Assembly: GCA_964586235.1 (NCBI GenBank)
Contig: CAZPIO010000008.1
Location: 19,893 to 83,892 of the forward strand
Direction of reading: 5' to 3'
From: an uncultured Planctomycetales bacterium
Lineage (GTDB): Bacteria > Planctomycetota > Phycisphaerae > UBA1845 > PWPN01
DNA: 64,000 nucleotides
The notes below the pieces were generated by a model. It was not told where the DNA came from. It ran no database searches and worked only from the letters and a program-made list of their open reading frames with translations. A program made the position numbers and the translations under genes. Shown in pieces: positions 44,286 to 53,935 of this stretch (position 1 is the first letter of the stretch; every line of letters begins with the position of its first letter).

Positions 44286-45882
44286 ACGAACCTGCCGGCC
44301 TCTGCCCCCGGTGACTGCCCGGCGGGTTCTTCATCCCGCTGCGGGCGCGTAACAGCGTCCCTCGCCGCAAACGCGCCCCGGTCGCGCGACAAGGTGGTGC
44401 TGCTATCCGTTTTCAAAAAGGGAAAACACGCGAGAGACCCGCCCCCATAGGCGTTATCGGTACTGCCGGCTGAGGCCCGGGCTTGACTACCGACACCGGG
44501 GGCCTAGAATGCTGAACAATGCGCAGGCCCACTGCGCGTTTCCCCGGGGTTAGCCAGCCCATGACTGTGACAAGGACAAGCTGGCCAACCCCCTTTTTAT
44601 GTCCGAAAGTCCTGCCTCCTCTGTTCTCCGCTCCCGAAGCACTATCCCCTTGTCCCCAAAGGTATCGAAACCAGGGCTTCTGCCCGTTTTCGGGCAGGCC
44701 GGGGCGACACCAAGACCCCCGGGCCGGTTAAGGCCCCTGGAACACCATCGCGCAGGGCCCGAGCCCGTCTGTCATTCCCTGTCGAAGAGAGAGAATCTGT
44801 GATGTTCTCCCACAGCCCTGACGTGAAGTCCCTTTCGCATCGTCGGCCGAACACTTCTTATGGAAGACTCAGCCTTCCACCTACAACCGCAGATGCCGTA
44901 CCTCCTTCGCTTGGAGGCCCTCCGGGAAGCATCGATTGGCCGGAAACTCCCCCAACTTGTGCGGAATTACGCCTGGAGCACAACCTCCGGGCAACGCACG
45001 CGAGAGTCATCATTCGCCAGACTTACAAGCCTAAAGAAACGTCCAGTCGAAGCACAGATCGTTCCCCGTATTCCAACGTCTCACGTGCAGTAACCATAAG
45101 CCCCCTTCACTGGCCTGTCAATGGGGTGTTTTGTGATTCCCGGTTAAGGCGCCTCTGTGGCCGCATGGGGGAGCAGTCCTGCGGCCTTCGCAACGTGTTT
45201 GTTTTCAGTTGCTTACACAATTCAAGATGCAGACCCTGTCGGCGGTTGCGGTGTGCGCGTAAGAAGTTTTTTTTTAGGGTTGTGAGATTCTCGGGGGTGC
45301 GCTACTCCATTTCGATGCGGATGCGAACCAGAAAATAACCAACCATATGATGGATGATTCGGCCCGAGTTGTGCCCGAGCGTACGTGTTTGGCGTGCGGG
45401 CGTCTGGCTCTTTTTGCCCGGATGCGGTTCTACGTGTGGTCTGGGGATGCTCGCCGAGCCCGGATGACACTTGGCGGCGCAGAAAAGTCGGCAAAAAATG
45501 CCTGACCCGCTCTCTTGCACGCTAAACACGTACGTGCGGGTACCGCACGCAACCGCCGCCACTCGCGAACGCCTGCCTGGATGAGCGATCGTTGCCCGCT
45601 CCGACCAGACCGATACGGCCTCCGCCCTTCACGATTTCGACATAACCTCATGCCGAGAATGTCCTGCATGCCCTTGGGGGCCGTACAATGGTAACGCATG
45701 ACCCGGCCCTGCGACCGAACACGGCTATCCGGCAGATCTCGGCTCGAGAACGCTCATGCGAAGTAGTGTGACGCCGATCGCGGATCATCGCTGACGGGGC
45801 ACGGTCATCGGAACACTCTTCAGTGCCTGCCAGACCGCCGGCCGGATGGGGTCTGGCCATGGCCCTGGATCGGAGGTGCCCA

Positions 45883-46734
45883 ATGCGATGGGAAAATCGA
45901 CGCGAGAGCTCGAATGTTGAAGACCGCCGTGGAACGAAAAAACTGGCGATCGGCGGAGGAGGGCTGGTCACGCTGATCATCGTTGTGATTGCCCTTTACA
46001 CCGGCCGCGACCCCACACCCCTGCTGAATCAGGCCGCCGTGGATAACACCGCCGCACCCGCGCAGGTCGACCCCGCCCAGGAGCCGCTTCGCCGCTTTGT
46101 GAGCGTGGTCCTGGCGGATACCGAGGATGTCTGGGGAGATCTGTTTCCCAAGCAGTTCAATCGCCCATACCAGCAGCCGCACCTGGTCTTGTTCAGCGGC
46201 CGGGTGGATTCCGCCTGCGGAATGGCCTCAGCCGCGGCCGGACCGTTCTACTGCCCGGGAGACCACAAGGCCTACCTCGACCTCGAGTTTTTTCAGCAGA
46301 TGCGGGACCGCTTTCACGCTCCCGGCGACTTCGCGATGGCTTATGTCATCGCCCACGAGATCGGACACCACGTTCAGAACCTGCTCGGGATCAATGACCA
46401 GGTCGATGATGCCCGAAAACGGTTAAGCGAAGCCGAATATAACCGCCTTTCCGTCCGGCTTGAACTCCAGGCCGATTTCCTGGCGGGCGTCTGGGCGCAC
46501 CATGCACATCGAACCAAGAACATCCTGGAGGACGGCGACGTCGAAGAGGCTCTGGGGGCTGCCCAGGCCATCGGGGATGATACCCTCCAGAAGCAATCGC
46601 AGGGCTACGTCGTCCCTGATTCATTCACCCACGGCACCAGCGAGCAGCGGGCGAAGTGGTTCCGCGACGGACTCCGGACGGGCGATGTTTCGCGGATGCG
46701 GCTTCTCTTCGATCTGCCCGACCACGAGTTGTAG
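45883..46734 (+). CDS. ypfJ: YpfJ-family neutral zinc metallopeptidase
   Basis: 'MRWENRRESSNVEDRRG' N-terminus, a TM segment, and the zinc motif 'IAHEIGHHVQNLLG', characteristic of the YpfJ/PF04228 family. Confidence 0.88.
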   Translation: MRWENRRESSNVEDRRGTKKLAIGGGGLVTLIIVVIALYTGRDPTPLLNQAAVDNTAAPAQVDPAQEPLRRFVSVVLADTEDVWGDLFPKQFNRPYQQPHLVLFSGRVDSACGMASAAAGPFYCPGDHKAYLDLEFFQQMRDRFHAPGDFAMAYVIAHEIGHHVQNLLGINDQVDDARKRLSEAEYNRLSVRLELQADFLAGVWAHHAHRTKNILEDGDVEEALGAAQAIGDDTLQKQSQGYVVPDSFTHGTSEQRAKWFRDGLRTGDVSRMRLLFDLPDHEL

Positions 46735-46818
46735 ACCGCCCGCCGCGGCAACGCCGTTGTGACGCGTCCTCGGGTTAGTGATTCGCCCGTGTCCGAACGG
46801 GACAACCGGACGTCGGAG

Positions 46819-47244
46819 TCAGGACTGCCTGCCGCCCAGGAAGGATTGCAGCAGGCCGGCCAGGCCCGCGCCATCGGGCAGCTTGCCATCCGGTGAGAGC
46901 TTGTCGACAAGTTGCGGCAGCAACTGGGCCAGCCCTCCTGCGGTCTCCTCCTTGGACAGCCCGGCACTCTGGGCAATCTCTGCAATCTTCTGCTCACCCA
47001 GCGAAGCCTGCACATCCTGGCCGCTGATGGGCGTGTTCGAGCCGGTCCCGATCCACGACTGCACGGCCTCGCCAAGCCCCTTCTGCCGGAAACTGTCCAG
47101 GAGGCCGTTGAGCCCACCTCCTCCGATCATCCCCATGATGCTGTTCACCAGGTTCTGCTGACCAGCCGAAGGAGCCGCTCCCTGTCCCTGGGGTCCCTCG
47201 CCCTGCGAGAGAATGGAGTCCATCAGGTTCTTCAACATGCTCAT
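46819..47244 (-). CDS. yidB: YidB-family protein (DUF937)
   Basis: 'GLGEAVQSWIGTGSNTPISGQDVQASLGEQKIAEIAQSAGLSKEETAGGLAQLLPQLVDKLSPDG' matches the YidB family pattern. The ATG at 47244 is 6 nt downstream of GGAGG. Confidence 0.8.
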   Translation of the reverse strand: MSMLKNLMDSILSQGEGPQGQGAAPSAGQQNLVNSIMGMIGGGGLNGLLDSFRQKGLGEAVQSWIGTGSNTPISGQDVQASLGEQKIAEIAQSAGLSKEETAGGLAQLLPQLVDKLSPDGKLPDGAGLAGLLQSFLGGRQS

Positions 47245-47810
47245 CTGCATCCTCCAATCATGTGTCCTATCTGGTTCTCCTGGTCCTGCCTCAGTCTCTT
47301 CGTTCAGCGCCAGGCTATGCTGAGCGAACGCCACGCAGTTGCTCTTGGGCTCAAAAAAAGACTCTTCGCGTTGACCTCGGTCATGAACTCAACTTTGTTT
47401 CGTTCGTCTTTCTGTACCGGCGGCCGTTCTGCTCGTGGGACCACCGACAAGCACCGAGGAACGACAAAACGCGATCGCTCACACGATCGTGCGTCAGAGA
47501 CTGCTCAGTCGAAGGCTCGTGGTCATGGTAGGTTTGTCCTAGAGACAAGGCAAGAGCAGTACGTATATTGCAGTAGGTATTTTCAGTATCTCAGGCAGGC
47601 AAATGTCGGTCAGCCTGCAGGGATCGCTGTACGCGGTCTGTCCTGCTCTGGGGCAAATAACCGGGGTGATTCACCACTCCGCCTGTTCTCGCAGGCATCT
47701 CGACAGCACCGCCGATCTTCGAGGGCGTTTCACGACCACGGGTCATGGCAGAACCGGCACGACTTCATGCTGATGGCCAGGCGGTCGCCCGGCTGCCCTG
47801 CTCGCCGCTG

Positions 47811-50800
47811 TCACTTTCTTGGCGCGGCCTTCTTCCCCTGCTCACGGTCCTTCAGGAGGCTGTCGAGCAGCTTCTTTGTTGCGTCCTCCAAGGGCTTAGC
47901 GGTCGGCTGCGTAGATGACGACTGATCGGGCGGCTTTTTGCCAGCGGAATCCTGTTTTGACTTGCGGAGGGCGTCTATCACACCGGCCGCCTCCCCCGCC
48001 ACGGCTGACCGCATCGCTCGTTCGACCAACGGCTTGATGTCCACGCGGGTCAGGTCCACTTTCGGCAATAGCCGGTTGCCCGTCATCGGGACCGCCACGC
48101 GGGCGCCTTCCAGCAGGCGCGCATATTCGATGACCGGCCCGCGGACACCGAATCGCTCGAGCAGCGCGGCCCGTACGGGAACGGACACAGTCAGGTCAAC
48201 CGTCTCGTCAAGCCCGACGGAGCCGGAGAACTTCAGGTCGAAGTTCTCCGGAAAGACCATTGTCAGGTTGTCATACCAGATGCGACCGTCCCTCAGGGTG
48301 AAGTCCACGCCGTCCATTGTCACCGCCAGCATGTTCTCCTTGTCCAGTGCCCCCAATTCGAGCAGCACGGCCATCGGCCCGCCAAACTGGACCTTGAAGT
48401 CCTTCATGTCCAGTCGGCCCCGGCCGCTGCCGCTTCGATTGATCTCCTCGCTCAGCGGCACGAGCACATCCTGCGTCGTGAGCGAGAGTGTGCCCTCCGC
48501 GCGAGTCATGAAAGCGAAAATCGGATTGACCCGGCTGAGCACGTGCCGGCCGATCTCCGGCGTAATCTGGGCTCCTTCGACCACAAGAACTCTGCCGGGC
48601 AGACGGAACATCGGGTCCGGTGTGCGAAGGTCGATCACGCCGCCGAGGCGGACTTGCCCGATGCTCGCCGGGATAGCCGTCACCGGCATTGTGAGCTCTC
48701 CGTCGCGCAGAGCGGGCGAGAGCTTCGCCTTGCCCAGGGTCACCCCATATGCCTTGACGGAGGTCCATCCGGCATCCAGCCCGCCGGTGATGCCGCGATA
48801 GACCGGGCGGATCTCCGGCTGATGCGCGGGGCCCGCCACGGTAAACGCACCCGCGGCGGTGCCGGCGAAAGACAGCGCCTCGCGTGTTGCCGGGGCCAAT
48901 TCGTGGATGAGGGAGGTGATACGGTCCCAGGATCCTTCGTACGACCCGGACAGCGACAAGACGCACGCGGTCGAATAGCGATCGATCTTGCCCGTCATCC
49001 TGGCGGACAGCAGTTGGGAAGCGAGCTGAAACTGTTTCAGGGTGATGTTCTCTTCTCGCGTGTTCACGGCTGCGTCGTAGATGAACTCAACCCGGTCTTC
49101 GCGAACAGCCTGCTTGCCGGCACCGATTTCGAGAGAGTCGACGCGGCAATTGCCTGACGCATCGATAGCGCCTGCGGTTGAAGCGCAGGTCCCGGCGAGC
49201 GTCAGCCGGCCGGCGATTTGCGGCGGGGTCTTCCATTGGCCGATACGGCCGGCCGTCGCGAGGCACCGGGCCAGGTCCGCGGTCGCCTCGACCTTGCCGT
49301 CGAGGCTGAGTCTCTCACGAGTCTCCAAGTGGACTTGTCTGGCGGTCGCGCGCGCCAGACCACTATCCAACTCCGCGGTTTCGATGCTCAACGTGCCGAG
49401 CGCCGGCGACCAGCGCGCGTCCGACCAGCCGAGCACGATGTCCTGCTTCGCAAGCAGTTCGCCGTCCACGGTGGCATTGCGCAACGCGGCCTGTCCGCCG
49501 GAGACAACCGGTCCGTCAGCCGAGGCCCGATCGATCTTCACACGAACAGCAGCCGTACCCGCATAGCGATTCAGGTCCTTCACGCCATACCCGGCCGCCT
49601 TGGAGCCCAGGTAAGCCAGGTCGGCGTTCTTAACATCCGCCTCGGCGGAGCAGGTGCCCTGGTCAAAATCGAACCACCCGGAGCCGGAGGCAACAACCTG
49701 GCCGTCGACGTCGGCGGCAAAGCCGGAGGTTACGAGCTTCACGACCCTTCCGCTCGCCAGTTCCAGATGCCCCGTCTGCTTCAGCGCTGCCTTAGCGGCC
49801 TCCAGTCGGCCCTTCTCTGTCTCATAGCGCAGGTCGCTCGCGACCAGGTCGCATGCCACGTCGATCCGGTCGTCGCCGGCACGCTTCACGCCGAGCGTTC
49901 CGGTTATCAGCCCGGCCGGTTCTCTCAAACCGATGTCAACCACTTGCCCGAGCTGCTGGTTGAGTTTGCCGAGGTCCGCCGTGAGATCCGCGTGCAGTTC
50001 CGAAGCAGTGCCGGTGGCGACGACTCGAGCGAAGTCCGACTCGACCTCGGTTCGGTGTATCTTCAGGCCGTGCTTTGCCTCCAGCGACACGTCGAATGCC
50101 GCGACGATCGGCTCCCAGCGTGTGGTTCGTCCCTTGTCGACGGCAGTCAGTTCAGCCAGTCGGATCGATCCCTTCAGGGCCGGCTGCGCGCCGCCGCGAA
50201 TGCTCAGATCCTCGATCCCGAGATGCCCGCCGGTGATCTGCACGCCGGGCCGGATGTGGAGCAACGCCGGCACCGCCTGCGCCAGGACGGCGAGATTCAC
50301 GTTGGAGCTTGCGTCGACGGTCAAGTCCGGCATCGCGATCTCGCTGCCCGTCAGCACGGCGGACAGCAGTTGCCGCGCCGAGATTCGGACAGGCTGACCG
50401 GACAGCGCATAGGTCATGCGGACCTGGGCGTTCCCCGCTTGCCCGGCCAGAGAGACATCCGCGGACATCCCGGCAGACGTCATGCGCGTCTGACCCTCGA
50501 TCGCCAGGTCGGTCGGGTTGATCGCCGCCGTCCCCGCCCGGGCAATCTGGACCCCGGTCACGCGCGACTTGACGTCAACCAGCGTCTCGCCCGGCTTGAA
50601 CGTCAATCTGGCGTCCAGGTTGCCCTTCCCGGCCGCGCTCACCTGTTCCATAATAAACCGGGTAAGACTGGCAATATCTACTTCGCCACTGGTGATGGCT
50701 TTGACCTGCCCGGATGTCTGAGACAGGTCCAGTCGGCCGTTCGTGGTGAACTGCTGGATCGCCGCGTCGACGGCCACGGTCGAGGTGTCGGCAAGTGTGA

Positions 50801-51458
50801 TCTGTACCGTTCCCTTCAGGTCGCGCAGACCATCCACATCACACTTCGCATCCAGTTGGGGCACGTCGTACGCTCGCCCATCGGCCTGGACCAGGCGGAC
50901 TGAGCCCTTGTTGAGAACGACGCGTCCGGTCAGCGGCGGCAGCACGATTGGCTCGGTGCTCGTCGAAGGCTTGCGGGGACTGAATGCCTCCACCAGCGAG
51001 ATCTGATTGTTCTCGTCGATGCAAAGCACGGCCCGCGGTGAATCGACCCTGATCTCCCCGAGCTGTTGCCGGGATAGCAGCACGGTCCACACCCCGCCGG
51101 GCCAGGCGGCCTGGTCGACGGTCAGGACGTCCCTACCCGCCGGGTCCGCCACAGTCAGCCCGGTGAGCTTTGTCGGCCCGCGCCAGGACAGCGAGATCTG
51201 CTCGACGCCGACGCGGCCCCGGATCTGATCGTTGACCAGACTGAGGATCAACCTGGAGCCGGTCGCAGTCGATGCCAGATACGGAGCAAGGGCGACCAGG
51301 ACGATCAGAAGAACCAGGATCCCCAGCGGCACACGGATCCACCAGCGCCGGCGTCGGCGCTTCCTTTGAGGCGGCACCTGCTCGGGCCCTTGGGAACCGG
51401 CATAAGATTCCGGGGGAGCGTCAACCGCGCCCCGGTCGGCTTCGGGATTGGCGGGCAT
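47811..51458 (-). CDS. AsmA/TamB-like large envelope protein (N-terminal anchor, long beta-rich body)
   Basis: 1215 aa. N-terminal TM 'VPLGILVLLIVLVALAPYLA' is followed by 'GRVGVEQISLSWRGPTKLTGLTVADPAGRDVL', typical of AsmA-like N-domains. The remainder is G/T/V/A-rich and beta-prone. The family assignment is by pattern only. Confidence 0.6.
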   Translation of the reverse strand: MPANPEADRGAVDAPPESYAGSQGPEQVPPQRKRRRRRWWIRVPLGILVLLIVLVALAPYLASTATGSRLILSLVNDQIRGRVGVEQISLSWRGPTKLTGLTVADPAGRDVLTVDQAAWPGGVWTVLLSRQQLGEIRVDSPRAVLCIDENNQISLVEAFSPRKPSTSTEPIVLPPLTGRVVLNKGSVRLVQADGRAYDVPQLDAKCDVDGLRDLKGTVQITLADTSTVAVDAAIQQFTTNGRLDLSQTSGQVKAITSGEVDIASLTRFIMEQVSAAGKGNLDARLTFKPGETLVDVKSRVTGVQIARAGTAAINPTDLAIEGQTRMTSAGMSADVSLAGQAGNAQVRMTYALSGQPVRISARQLLSAVLTGSEIAMPDLTVDASSNVNLAVLAQAVPALLHIRPGVQITGGHLGIEDLSIRGGAQPALKGSIRLAELTAVDKGRTTRWEPIVAAFDVSLEAKHGLKIHRTEVESDFARVVATGTASELHADLTADLGKLNQQLGQVVDIGLREPAGLITGTLGVKRAGDDRIDVACDLVASDLRYETEKGRLEAAKAALKQTGHLELASGRVVKLVTSGFAADVDGQVVASGSGWFDFDQGTCSAEADVKNADLAYLGSKAAGYGVKDLNRYAGTAAVRVKIDRASADGPVVSGGQAALRNATVDGELLAKQDIVLGWSDARWSPALGTLSIETAELDSGLARATARQVHLETRERLSLDGKVEATADLARCLATAGRIGQWKTPPQIAGRLTLAGTCASTAGAIDASGNCRVDSLEIGAGKQAVREDRVEFIYDAAVNTREENITLKQFQLASQLLSARMTGKIDRYSTACVLSLSGSYEGSWDRITSLIHELAPATREALSFAGTAAGAFTVAGPAHQPEIRPVYRGITGGLDAGWTSVKAYGVTLGKAKLSPALRDGELTMPVTAIPASIGQVRLGGVIDLRTPDPMFRLPGRVLVVEGAQITPEIGRHVLSRVNPIFAFMTRAEGTLSLTTQDVLVPLSEEINRSGSGRGRLDMKDFKVQFGGPMAVLLELGALDKENMLAVTMDGVDFTLRDGRIWYDNLTMVFPENFDLKFSGSVGLDETVDLTVSVPVRAALLERFGVRGPVIEYARLLEGARVAVPMTGNRLLPKVDLTRVDIKPLVERAMRSAVAGEAAGVIDALRKSKQDSAGKKPPDQSSSTQPTAKPLEDATKKLLDSLLKDREQGKKAAPRK

Positions 51459-51690
51459 CAGTCCGGCTCCTTATTCGTTGCGGTGTTGCGGCTTACCCTC
51501 GGGCTATGATAGCACATGCCATGTCACCTCGACACCTGCAAACGCTCATCCCGGCGTCGGGTAAAGTGCGGCCCACTGCCCATCGGAGAAGGAGATCAGA
51601 ACTCGAACGGCAGGATACGCGGCGGCGGATTCGGATCTCTGTGCCGCCGCCTGGGTGGCGTGCAGTTGCCGCTCGGCACCGCGCACAGCC

Positions 51691-53565
51691 TTATTCCTGC
51701 GGATCGCGGCGATTCGATGAACGCGTGCCGGGCCTGACCTTCGGATCGGGCGCAGCCGCTTTGGGCTTGGCGGGCGGAGTCTTGAGGATCTCCAACAAGC
51801 TCCGCGAGCGGCTGACCAGCGGCGATCTTTTCAACTGCAACTGCGTCGGCTGAGCGAGACTACGCTGGGCCGTCTCAGACACCGCCGGTTGGCCCGACCT
51901 GGTCACCCGCGGAGGCGTCGCGGCCGGCGGGGCCGATGCTTGTCGCTGTCTGGCCGGTGCCGGCTGCACCTGGCCGGGCGCCGGCGAGCTCCGATCTGGT
52001 GACGGCACCTTCCTTGGCTCGGCAGTTCGAATCGTCGGGACGGGGACCGGCTCCTTCGGGGTGGCCGCCGGTTTCGGGGTTTCCACGTCCTTGCGATGGT
52101 CCCTGTACTGCCGTGTTTCTGTGATCGTCTGGCGGTACTTCTTGATGCGGTCCTGCGAGATCGATTCGAACCGGAAAGGCAGGTCCGAGCGTTTAACGAT
52201 CCTGTCCAATGGCTCCACCATTTCGGGCTGGACGGTCACACGGAAGTCGATATCGCGGCGAGTTTCCAGTCTCCCAGGTGCCGCATAAGTGCGAGGCGGC
52301 CGGGCCTCCGGATGATCGCGCCGATAGTGGTATTCGTCGCGCAGTCGCTGTGTGAATTCGGTCGCGGCCATGCGCTGCGTCGCAACATACCGGGCGAAGA
52401 CAGGATCATAGCCGTAACGGCTGTTATGAAATGAAACCATCGGATAGATGCCGGAGCGGAAAAACGCGCTATCGTAGTAGTCGCCGAAGTAGAAATGGTC
52501 GTAGCGAGGCCGGGCGAAGAGATCTCCGATGAGCAGGGACACATTCACCACCGCGCTTGGCGAATAGATCAAGGTACGCCGGGCCCGGATCTGAGGCGGC
52601 ACATGAATCGGTGCAAACACCACACCCCGGCGGGGCACGATATGGTCCCAGTAACCGCTGACGAAGACATATCCTCTCGGTGTCCAGACATAGTGATCCG
52701 GAACCCACACCCAGTTGTCCTGCGGCGCCATCCAGCATCCCGCTCGCCAGAGATAAGTCGTTTGACGCCACACCCAGATGCCTGGGACCCAGATGTGATT
52801 CGGTCTGGGTGGCTGACCCACTGGTCCGCTTTCGAGCGATTCGGGAGGCGGCGGAAGGTATTGCACCGTCTCGACCTTGTGGGCCTGCCAGAAGCCCGAG
52901 ACCCACTGGAAACCACCCTGGACCTCGCGCCAGTAGCCCGGCACAAACTGTCTGTCAGGCGGCATGTTCCGCCAGATGCCGCTCACCCAGACGAAGTCGG
53001 AGCGCTCGTCGTCCCAGCCCCAGTAACCCGCAATCCACGCCATGTCGTCACCGCGAGGATACTGATCAGGCGGAACCTCATCGATCAGAGGCGGCGGGGG
53101 CTTGGAGACAATAAGCCCGGGCGCCGGATCGAAGAGGACCGGCACGGCGAACGCCTCATGCACCAAGCCGCGGTTTTCAACAACGTAGGAAGTATCTGCC
53201 GGGACTATCGAGGCTGCTGGGACTGGCGGCACTACCGCTGCCGGCGGCGCGATCGGCGCTGGCGGCACCACGGGAGTTACCGGCGCAGGAGGAGGCGGCT
53301 GGACCCGGACTACCGCCGGTCGCTGCTGAACACTGTCACTGCTGTGTCGCTTCTCATCCTTGTCCCGATCGCGCCGCCTTTCATCATCGTCTCTGTCACG
53401 TCGCTTCTCATCTCGGTGATCATCACGCTGCTCGTATCGTTGCGGGTAGCGGTGCCGATCTTCGCGAAAGCGATCTCCGTGATCGTCGCCACATCCAGTC
53501 AGGGCTGTCAGCACGGCCAGGGCGAACGGAACCGTCGTCAACAGGCATTTTCCTGGATCGCTCAT
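51691..53565 (-). CDS. YXWGXW-repeat lipoprotein with highly charged R/D/E/K linker and Pro-rich regions
   Basis: Lipobox 'LTALTGCG'. 'RDDHRDEKRRDRDDDERRRDRDKDEKRH'. Repeats 'WIAGYWGW', 'WVSGIWR', 'FVPGYWRE', 'WVSGFWQ', 'WVPGIWVW', 'RAGCWM', 'FVSGYWDH'. Confidence 0.75.
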   Translation of the reverse strand: MSDPGKCLLTTVPFALAVLTALTGCGDDHGDRFREDRHRYPQRYEQRDDHRDEKRRDRDDDERRRDRDKDEKRHSSDSVQQRPAVVRVQPPPPAPVTPVVPPAPIAPPAAVVPPVPAASIVPADTSYVVENRGLVHEAFAVPVLFDPAPGLIVSKPPPPLIDEVPPDQYPRGDDMAWIAGYWGWDDERSDFVWVSGIWRNMPPDRQFVPGYWREVQGGFQWVSGFWQAHKVETVQYLPPPPESLESGPVGQPPRPNHIWVPGIWVWRQTTYLWRAGCWMAPQDNWVWVPDHYVWTPRGYVFVSGYWDHIVPRRGVVFAPIHVPPQIRARRTLIYSPSAVVNVSLLIGDLFARPRYDHFYFGDYYDSAFFRSGIYPMVSFHNSRYGYDPVFARYVATQRMAATEFTQRLRDEYHYRRDHPEARPPRTYAAPGRLETRRDIDFRVTVQPEMVEPLDRIVKRSDLPFRFESISQDRIKKYRQTITETRQYRDHRKDVETPKPAATPKEPVPVPTIRTAEPRKVPSPDRSSPAPGQVQPAPARQRQASAPPAATPPRVTRSGQPAVSETAQRSLAQPTQLQLKRSPLVSRSRSLLEILKTPPAKPKAAAPDPKVRPGTRSSNRRDPQE

Positions 53566-53935
53566 GTCGAGTTCCTTGCAGTGAGGAGCCCCATTCGAAA
53601 TCCAATCGCGCACAATCATCGCGAATCACCAGAAGCTGATAACCTTAACCGGCGTTGGGCGCTGCGCAAAGCAACCGGTGCCGGCCTGATAGAAGAAGCT
53701 CGGAAGTCATCTGTCTCAGTTCGGCAGAACAACAAGCCCATCATTTCAGGAGCCGTTGAAGTCTGCCCGCACCTGCACCGAGTGACCCCGATCACGTCTG
53801 CCGTTGTCGCCCGCGAGCCGCGGACCGCTGGTCAGGCCCTGAAGCCCCGCGCCGACAAAGCTGATAGAATGACACAATATGGCCGGGCAAGAGTTGCATG
53901 GGCAATGCCGGTTCATGATGTTTGGAGACCCCCGC

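Noticed and set aside
44488-44500. RfaH ops-like string (plus strand 'gactaccgacacc', resembling the reverse complement of GGCGGTAG)
   Set aside because: It has mismatches in core positions, and there is no reason to expect the enterobacterial ops consensus in this lineage.
44799-45338. 179-aa plus-strand ORF inside the 1.6-kb gap
   Set aside because: The translation is Arg/Ser/Cys/Pro-rich with no motif, signal or SD, and it runs through the T9 tract. I treat it as non-coding.
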